In this document: piece after piece, positions 47,217 to 54,072 of the stretch
Position numbering within the stretch: position 1 is the stretch's first letter
Layout: each line of letters starts with the position of its first letter
Assembly (NCBI GenBank): GCA_963663235.2
Contig: CAXXNO010000001.1
Coordinates: forward strand, 32,001 to 96,000
From: Dehalococcoidia bacterium
GTDB taxonomy: Bacteria; Chloroflexota; Dehalococcoidia; Bin125
Length of the DNA: 64,000 bases
Direction of reading: 5' to 3'
The notes under the pieces: generated by a model
The model's input: the letters and a program-made list of their open reading frames with translations, nothing else
Database searches by the model: none
What the model was told of the DNA's origin: nothing
Position numbers and translations under genes: made by a program

Positions 47217-47806
47217 CCCGACGCGTCAGTATCGCGGCGCTGGTCGCGGATGCGGGCGTTCCGCGACTCCACCTCCCACTGCCCCTGCTCGCGCTCCAGC
47301 TTCTTATCCAGTTGCTCGATGCCCGCACGGATGCTGCTCAGCAGCGCCGCGAGCTGTTCCTCCAGCCGCCGCAGCACATCCAAGGAGTAGCGGTCCGCCT
47401 CAATCGCCTGCTCCACCGCTTGGCTGGTGGCGCTGCCCCGGATCGCCGCCGCTTCGTTGCGCGCATCCTCGGCGACTGTCTTCGCCTCCGTGGTCACCTG
47501 CGTCATGATCTCGGTCGCGCGGCGCTGGGCATGGCGCACCAGCTCGTGCCCGCTCAGTTGCGCCTCCGCCTCCCTTTTCGCCTGCGCGACGAGCAGCCGC
47601 CCCTCTTCCTCCGCTTCCTTCATCACCCGTTGGCGCTCTTGCAGCACGGCGCGCGCATCCGCGATCTCCGCCGGCACCGCGGCGCGGACCTGATCGATCA
47701 AATCGAGCAGCCGCTCCCGGTCCAGCACCATGCCACCCCGCAAGCGGGCCTTGCGGCTCGAGAGGAGCGTCTCCTCCAACTGATCGATCAACTCCAGGAT
47801 GTCGAT
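47213..47806 (-). CDS. coiled-coil protein downstream of coaD (DivIVA/ATPase-b-like); probable ATC start
   Basis: (M)DILELIDQLEE...LDLIDQVRAAVPAEI..A; SD GAGGAG 8 nt upstream of ATC. Confidence 0.8.
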   Translation of the reverse strand: MDILELIDQLEETLLSSRKARLRGGMVLDRERLLDLIDQVRAAVPAEIADARAVLQERQRVMKEAEEEGRLLVAQAKREAEAQLSGHELVRHAQRRATEIMTQVTTEAKTVAEDARNEAAAIRGSATSQAVEQAIEADRYSLDVLRRLEEQLAALLSSIRAGIEQLDKKLEREQGQWEVESRNARIRDQRRDTDASG

Positions 47807-47836
47807 GACGGCAGCTCCTCGGCGCGACGCGGGCGC

Positions 47837-48322
47837 CTAGGCCGGGCGGCCCGGCCCCAGCTTGGTGCCCAGCGCCTTGGCGACGTGGGCCGGCACCAGG
47901 TCATCCACGGCCCGCCCCAGCCTCGCCAGTTCACGGATCCGGCTGGCCGAAATATACAGGTGCTCCAGGCTGGCCATCAGGTACACCGACTCGATCTCCG
48001 GCGCCATCTTCTGATTCATCAGCGCCATGTCGAACTCGGCTTCGAACCCCGTGACGGCGCGGATCCCCCGCACCAGCGCCGTCGACCCCACGGATCGCGC
48101 GAAGTCCACCACCAGCCCGTCGAACCGCGACACGCGCACGTTGGGGAACGCCCGCACCGCCTCCCGCAGCAACGCTTCGCGCTCATCGATTGCGAACAGC
48201 TGCTCGTCGCGCGCGTAAATGGCGACCACCAGCTCATCGAAGAGCGTCGACGCCCGCGACACGATGTCCAAGTGCCCGTTCGTCACCGGGTCGAACCCCC
48301 CGGGATACACCGCGATGGTCAC
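47837..48322 (-). CDS. coaD: phosphopantetheine adenylyltransferase
   Basis: YPGGFDPVTNGH, RGIR, ISAS. Confidence 0.96.
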   Translation of the reverse strand: MTIAVYPGGFDPVTNGHLDIVSRASTLFDELVVAIYARDEQLFAIDEREALLREAVRAFPNVRVSRFDGLVVDFARSVGSTALVRGIRAVTGFEAEFDMALMNQKMAPEIESVYLMASLEHLYISASRIRELARLGRAVDDLVPAHVAKALGTKLGPGRPA

Positions 48323-48888
48323 GCTGCCCCCCCGACGCCGTACGTGTCCAGGACGCCGTCACCGTAGCGACGCGTCTCCCTGCGTGCCAGCGCTCCCAGG
48401 CGCTCCGGCGCCGGCCGTTTCAGCGGGTGCCGCCAGAGCAGCAACCCCGTCTCCGCCAGGATCTCGGCCTCCGCCAGCCGCTCCAGCGCCGTGACGGCAT
48501 CCTCCTCGTAGGGTGGATCGGCGAAGCACAGCGCGTAGGGCCCGCGGAGCCGCGACAGAGCCCGGCCCACGTCCAGACAGAGCACCCGCGAGCGCTCCCG
48601 CCCCTCCACCACCTCGACGTTCCGACGGATGACCGCGCACGCCGCCCGCCCACGCTCCACGAAGTCTACCCACTGCGCTCCCCGGCTCAAAGCCTCGGCT
48701 CCCAGCAAGCCCGCCCCCGCGTACAGGTCCAGCACCCGCCCCTCGGTCACTGCCTGAACGTCTGGACGGTTGAAGATCGCGGCCCGCAACCGCGCCGTCG
48801 CCGGGCGGGTCCCCGGCGCGGCTCCATGCAGGTGGCGGCCCGCGTAGCGGCCGCCGGTGAGGCGAACGACCGGCCCCGCCGCGCTCAG
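48319..48888 (-). CDS. rsmD: 16S rRNA m2G966 methyltransferase; probable CTG start
   Basis: RLTGGRYAGR..TRPAT..RAAIFN, LDLYAGAG, DPPY, RYGD. Confidence 0.9.
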   Translation of the reverse strand: MSAAGPVVRLTGGRYAGRHLHGAAPGTRPATARLRAAIFNRPDVQAVTEGRVLDLYAGAGLLGAEALSRGAQWVDFVERGRAACAVIRRNVEVVEGRERSRVLCLDVGRALSRLRGPYALCFADPPYEEDAVTALERLAEAEILAETGLLLWRHPLKRPAPERLGALARRETRRYGDGVLDTYGVGGAA

Positions 48889-50624
48889 GGCTCCACCGCG
48901 ATGGTCAGCCCGTGTCCCACGCGCACGTCGCCGTCGCTGACAATCAACCGCACCTCGTAGTCATCCGGGATCGTCGGCGTCTCCCACACAACCCAGCCGG
49001 CCCCGCCGGAGCCGCTCAGCTCCCCGACGTCCGCCTCCCACACCGGCACCAGCAGCTCCGGGTTGGGCATCACCAACAGCGCCTCGCCCGATTCCAAGAA
49101 ACTGGTGATGACCTCCCAGAGATTGGCCGTCTCCTCCGTGCCGGACACGTCCTCCAACGCCAGCCCGCCCAACTCGTACTGCGCCACCACCTCCAACTTG
49201 AACGCGATGCTGAAGCGGTTCTCCACCCATACCGTCACTGGCTCGTCCGTCTGCTGCGGCGCTACGAACGACACCATGTTGGCGAACCGGTCCCAGAACA
49301 GGCCGCTGGCCCCCGCGTCCAGAAAGATGTTCTCGCCCACCAGCGTCACCCGCTGGTTCGTCAGGATCGGGCCCGCCTCGCGCACGCTCAGCTCGCTCGC
49401 CAGCCCCAGCGCTTCGCGCTGGCTCAGCAGCCGGAACCCTTGCAGGCTCTTCTCCACGCTGTACGGCGAGAGCGTCAGCAGCACCTTCTCCGAGGGCACC
49501 CGCTCCAGCACCCGCGGCATCCCCGCCGCCAGCGTCTCCGCCCACACCGACTGGTCCCGCGGCACCACCAGCTTCAGCAGGTCGGCGGCCGCGCCGAGCG
49601 CCGTGAAGTTGTAGGCCCCTTCATCCACCCCCGAGGCATCGCGACGTGGCAGCGGCACCGTGAGGCTCAGCCCGCGTCCGTCCCGATGCAGTTGATCGGC
49701 CAACTCCGTGATGAACTCACTGAACGCGTCCCGCAGTGCGGTGCTGATCACCTGGTAGTCGATGTCGACGCCGTCGTGCCGCCCCGTCTGCACCATCAGC
49801 AGGATGTTGTTGATGTGCTGGCGCCGCAATTGCGACGACGCGATCACCGTGTTGATGATGTCGGCCTCCGGTTCGCCCGCGAACACCACCGGGTACACCG
49901 GCTGCGTCACGTCGGGCGGGAGCGCCTCCACCCGCCCCAGCAGCGATGCGTCCTCCGCCGGGGTGAAGCCCACCGGATTGATGATCGTGAGCACGTTCAG
50001 CGCCTCCACGGCGATCTCCGCCCCGGCCGGCAGGCGGCCGGTCACCGTATCCTGAAACTGCAGCCGCCGCAGGATGGCCAGGTTGGACGGCACGACTTCC
50101 AGTTCCACCCGGGCGCCGGCGCCTTCGTCGGTCAGCAGCGCCGCCGTGATCCGCTCCCAGGCCCCGTCCCGGTAGGTGTAGGCCCCCAGGTTGCGCTGGT
50201 CCTGCGTCGGCTGGATCAGCCGCAGCGTGATCGCGAAGGGCCCCGGCAGTATCGGGGGCACGCTGAGGTCGTAGAGCAGGCTGGCGGCGCGCAGATGCTC
50301 GGGCACGTCCGGCATGCGCGATCGCGTGCTGGCCGCGATCTGGCGGCCCCGGTCCTCCTCGACGGCCGTGGCCAGCGTCGCGTCCGCTTCGTCGTCGTTC
50401 CCGCCGATCAGCGCGATCGGCGGTACGAACAGGATCACCAGCAGCAACGCCAGACCCAGCCCGGCCAGCGCGACCAACACCAGCAGCCGGCGTCCGCTCC
50501 CCTGCCCGTCGCCCCCCCGCGCGCGGCTCTGGCGCCGCACGGGGCGCCGCCGGTCCGGCGGCTCCGGCGCTCGACCCGTGATCCGCCGCGGCTCGCGCGG
50601 TTCGAACGGGCTCTCGTCGCTCAC
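48885..50624 (-). CDS. membrane-anchored GH18-like protein, catalytic Glu replaced by Gln
   Basis: TM helix; DGVDIDYQ; AYNFTALGAAAD; WVEN..S...K...Y.LGG. Confidence 0.75.
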   Translation of the reverse strand: MSDESPFEPREPRRITGRAPEPPDRRRPVRRQSRARGGDGQGSGRRLLVLVALAGLGLALLLVILFVPPIALIGGNDDEADATLATAVEEDRGRQIAASTRSRMPDVPEHLRAASLLYDLSVPPILPGPFAITLRLIQPTQDQRNLGAYTYRDGAWERITAALLTDEGAGARVELEVVPSNLAILRRLQFQDTVTGRLPAGAEIAVEALNVLTIINPVGFTPAEDASLLGRVEALPPDVTQPVYPVVFAGEPEADIINTVIASSQLRRQHINNILLMVQTGRHDGVDIDYQVISTALRDAFSEFITELADQLHRDGRGLSLTVPLPRRDASGVDEGAYNFTALGAAADLLKLVVPRDQSVWAETLAAGMPRVLERVPSEKVLLTLSPYSVEKSLQGFRLLSQREALGLASELSVREAGPILTNQRVTLVGENIFLDAGASGLFWDRFANMVSFVAPQQTDEPVTVWVENRFSIAFKLEVVAQYELGGLALEDVSGTEETANLWEVITSFLESGEALLVMPNPELLVPVWEADVGELSGSGGAGWVVWETPTIPDDYEVRLIVSDGDVRVGHGLTIAVEP

Positions 50625-51730
50625 GATGTCCGTGCCTCGGGCGTCACGCTGACGCGGCGCTCGCGATCATCCTGGACGTAGACGACTTCCACCGCCACCC
50701 CAGGCTCCAGCCGCGCCAGCACGTTCAGATAGGGCAACTCCGGCGTGATCGCCAGGCCGTCAATGCTGAGCACAATGTCCCCGGGACGCAGTCCCGCCAC
50801 GGCCAGCGGCCCGTCCCGCCTGATCTCCAAGAGGAAGCTCCCGGTCGTCGTCGGCAGATCCAGCTGCTCGGCGGCGAACTCCGTCACCGATTCCTGCCGC
50901 ACCACGCCGAAGTCGGGCCGCGGATACCGGCCCGCGCTGATGATCTGCCGCGCGATCGGCAGGATCACGTCCATCTGCAACGCGAAGCCGATCCCATGGA
51001 CGATATCGCCCGTCTCCGTTGTCCGCACCACCAAGGAGGTGAGGCCCACCACTTCGCCCGCGCGGTTGACCAATGCGCCGCCGCTGTTGCCCTGATTGAG
51101 CGCCGCATCGGTCTGAATGAGGTGCTCCTGCAGGACGCCGCCGTCCCGGAGAGTCCGCGTATCGGTCTGACTGACGACCCCCACGGTAACCGTCGGCTCC
51201 TCCTGTCGCAGCGCATGTCCTACCGCGTACACCGTATCCCCCTGCCGCAGCGACGACGACGAGCCGATCGGCACCGCCGTCAGTCCTCCCCGCACCACCC
51301 GCAGGACGGCGACGTCGTTGAAAGGGATGTCGCTTCCCACCACCACTGCGCGACGGACCTCGCCGCTCGGCAGCACCACCTCAATGTCGCCCGACACCGC
51401 TCGAATGTTATGTTCGCTCGTCAGAATATAGCCTTCGCGATCGATAACCAGGCCGGTCCCGGTCAACTCAGTCTGGACCAGATTCCCCTCGGGATCGGGC
51501 GTCACCCCCAGGTCGACGATCACGGCGACCAGCCCGGGGATGACGCGCGCCACCGCCTCGCCCACGCTGAGGGGGTCGCGAGCGGCCCGTCCGGGCTCTG
51601 CCTCCGAGACCGCGGGCGCCTCGATAACGGCGGCCGGCCCGCCGTTATCGTCAAGCAACGCGACGAGCACACCGCCGATGGCGCCACCCAGGACGCCGGC
51701 CACCACCGCCGCGAGTATCGTCTGTCTCAC
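50621..51730 (-). CDS. HtrA/DegP-like serine protease with PDZ domain
   Basis: GTG, TSEH, DVAVL, QTDAALNQGNSGG, C-terminal PDZ. Confidence 0.93.
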   Translation of the reverse strand: MRQTILAAVVAGVLGGAIGGVLVALLDDNGGPAAVIEAPAVSEAEPGRAARDPLSVGEAVARVIPGLVAVIVDLGVTPDPEGNLVQTELTGTGLVIDREGYILTSEHNIRAVSGDIEVVLPSGEVRRAVVVGSDIPFNDVAVLRVVRGGLTAVPIGSSSSLRQGDTVYAVGHALRQEEPTVTVGVVSQTDTRTLRDGGVLQEHLIQTDAALNQGNSGGALVNRAGEVVGLTSLVVRTTETGDIVHGIGFALQMDVILPIARQIISAGRYPRPDFGVVRQESVTEFAAEQLDLPTTTGSFLLEIRRDGPLAVAGLRPGDIVLSIDGLAITPELPYLNVLARLEPGVAVEVVYVQDDRERRVSVTPEARTS

Positions 51731-51805
51731 GCAGCGTCCCTGGATCCCGCCCGCCAGCGGCGTCCTCCCCGCCCGGGCCAGTTTATCACCACCCCTTTGG
51801 GCGCG

Positions 51806-51835
51806 TTTACGCCGCCTCGTCGCAAGTCCTATAAT
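51806..51835 (+). promoter_or_regulatory. sigma70 promoter of greA-lysS
   Basis: TTTACG-N18-TATAAT. Confidence 0.65.
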
Positions 51836-51864
51836 GGGGCCGAGCCGACGAGTTTGAACCTCAT

Positions 51865-51898
51865 GACTGGGGGCGCGACAGCCTCCGGTCGATTTTTT
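51865..51898 (+). terminator. intrinsic terminator/attenuator in greA leader
   Basis: 10-bp stem GACTGGGGGC/GCCTCCGGTC, 6-nt loop, followed by GATTTTTT. Confidence 0.7.
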
Positions 51899-51956
51899 AC
51901 GCACCGACTCGATCGCGCGCCGCCAGCGGCCGCGAGAGGGAAAGGAGCCCGCGCGG

Positions 51957-52433
51957 ATGGCCGTGCAGAAGCCGGTCCCCATCACCCAGAACGGGTTGGA
52001 GCGCCTGCGCAAGGAGCTGCACGAGCTCGTGACCGTAAAGCGCCCGGCGACGGCCGAGCGCATCCATGAGATCCGGGAGCTCTCCCCCAACACCCAGGGC
52101 GACGGCGAGTACGAAGACGCCAAGAACCAGCAGGCGTTCGTCGAGGGACGCATCCTCACCCTGGAGAAGATCCTGGCCAACGCCGAAGTCATCGACGAAG
52201 ATGCCGCCCACAACACCGACACCGTTCATCTGGGCGCCACGGTGACCGTGCAGATCGGGGAAAAGTCGCAGGAGCTCACCATCGTCGGCATGCCCGAGGT
52301 GGACCCGGCCCACGGCTTCGTCAGCGATGAGTCGCCCGTGGGCAGGGCGCTCTTGGGGCGCGCCGTGGGCGACACCATCGAGGTGAGCGCTCCCGCCGGC
52401 ACCATCGAGTACAAGATCAAGGCCATCCGCTAG
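51957..52433 (+). CDS. greA: GreA family factor with atypical coiled-coil tip
   Basis: ITQNG, EYEDAKNQQAFVEGRI, VSDESPVGRALLG; upstream of lysS. Confidence 0.9.
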   Translation: MAVQKPVPITQNGLERLRKELHELVTVKRPATAERIHEIRELSPNTQGDGEYEDAKNQQAFVEGRILTLEKILANAEVIDEDAAHNTDTVHLGATVTVQIGEKSQELTIVGMPEVDPAHGFVSDESPVGRALLGRAVGDTIEVSAPAGTIEYKIKAIR

Positions 52434-52523
52434 CGCCGCCGACCGTACTGGCGACCGTTAACGGGCGTCCCGCGGGGCGCCCGTTCTACTATGGCGAGCG
52501 GCCTACCTGGAGGGATGCGCCGC

Positions 52524-54020
52524 ATGGCGGACCAGCCTAGTGAGCGTCTGCGCGAGTTGTTCGAGCAGCGACGGCGGAAGGCCGACGCCTTGCGCGAGCG
52601 CGGCATCGACCCCTACCCGCCCCGCACGGCCGCGAAGCTGACCCCCGTCGCGACCGCCCGAGCCCGCTTCGAGCGCTGGGAACAGGGCGCGCTCAAGCGC
52701 CAGCCGTCGGTGCACGTCGGCGGTCGCATCACCAGCGTCCGCGACTTGGGCAAGCTGGCCTTTCTCGACCTGCGAGACGGCTCCGGGGTCATCCAGCTGT
52801 TGTGTCGTCGCAATCGCCTCGGTGAGAGCGGCGCGGCCGTGCTGAAGGCGCTCGACCTGGGCGACTTCGTGGAGTCGAGCGGACCGCTGATCCGCACCAA
52901 ATCCGGCGAGATCTCCGTGGAGGCCCGGGACCTCCGGCTCCTGGCCAAGGCGCTACGGCCCCCGCCGGAGAAGTTCCACGGCCTGCAGGACGTGGAGGCG
53001 CGGTACCGGCAGCGCTACCTGGACCTCCAAGCGAACCAGGACTCCCGCGACCTCTTTATTACCCGCTCACGGGTGATCTCGGCCCTGCGCCGCTGGATGG
53101 ACGACCGCGGCTTCCTGGAGGTGGAGACGCCGGTGCTGCAGCCGGAGGCGGGTGGCGCCGCCGCGCGACCCTTCGTCACCCACTTCAACGCGCTGGATGA
53201 AGAGCGCTACCTCCGCATCGCGCTGGAGCTGCACCTCAAGCGGTTGATCGTCGGCGGCTTCGACAAGGTCTACGAGGTCGGCCGCATCTTCCGCAACGAG
53301 GGCACCTCCACCACGCACAACCCCGAGTTCACGATGATGGAGTCCTACGAGGCCTACACCGACTACCACGGGGTCGCCGCGATGGTCGAGGAGCTCGTGG
53401 CGCACCTCGCGCAGACCATCCTCGGCGCCACCACCATCCCCTGGGGCGACGCCACCATCGACCTCGCCCCGCCCTGGCGCCGCCTCACCATGCGCGACGC
53501 CCTCATGCAGTACGCCGGCATCGACTTCCTGGAATACCGCACGGCGGACGCCCTCCACGACGTGCTCCAGCGGCACGGCATCCCCATCCCGCCGGATGCC
53601 TCCTGGCACAAACTGCTGGGCGATCTGCTGGCCCACGCGGTCGAGCCCCACCTGATCCAGCCCACCTTCTTAATGGACTGGCCCGTGGAGATCTCGCCCC
53701 TGGCCAAACGCACCCCCGACGACGACCGCCTCGTGGAGCGCTTCGAGGCGTACGTGGCCGGCTGGGAGATCGCCAACGCCTACAGCGAGCTCAACGACCC
53801 CATCGACCAGCGCCGGCGCTTCCAGAACCAGGTCGCCCTCCGCGCCGCCGGCGACGAGGAGGCGGAGCTGATGGACGAAGACTTCCTCGTCGCGCTGGAG
53901 CACGGCATGCCGCCCACCGGCGGCCTCGGTATCGGCATCGACCGGCTGATCATGGTCCTCACCAACTCCCGCTCCATCCGCGACGTCATCCTTTTCCCGC
54001 AACTGCGGCGGAAGGAGTAG
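52524..54020 (+). CDS. lysS: lysine--tRNA ligase (class II)
   Basis: RYRQRYLDL, GGAAARPF, FRNEG, HNPEF, GMPPTGGLGIGIDR. Confidence 0.98.
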   Translation: MADQPSERLRELFEQRRRKADALRERGIDPYPPRTAAKLTPVATARARFERWEQGALKRQPSVHVGGRITSVRDLGKLAFLDLRDGSGVIQLLCRRNRLGESGAAVLKALDLGDFVESSGPLIRTKSGEISVEARDLRLLAKALRPPPEKFHGLQDVEARYRQRYLDLQANQDSRDLFITRSRVISALRRWMDDRGFLEVETPVLQPEAGGAAARPFVTHFNALDEERYLRIALELHLKRLIVGGFDKVYEVGRIFRNEGTSTTHNPEFTMMESYEAYTDYHGVAAMVEELVAHLAQTILGATTIPWGDATIDLAPPWRRLTMRDALMQYAGIDFLEYRTADALHDVLQRHGIPIPPDASWHKLLGDLLAHAVEPHLIQPTFLMDWPVEISPLAKRTPDDDRLVERFEAYVAGWEIANAYSELNDPIDQRRRFQNQVALRAAGDEEAELMDEDFLVALEHGMPPTGGLGIGIDRLIMVLTNSRSIRDVILFPQLRRKE

Positions 54021-54024
54021 CCGA

Positions 54025-54049
54025 CGTTCGTCCTGAGCCCGTCGAAGGG
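54025..54049 (+). repeat. REP-like element CGTTCGTCCTGAGCCCGTCGAAGGG
   Basis: Resembles the widespread GTCCTGAGC..GTCGAAGG repeat family (reads PSTGSG on the minus strand); single copy in this window. Confidence 0.45.
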
Positions 54050-54072
54050 GCAGCGGCTACCATCCGCACAAG

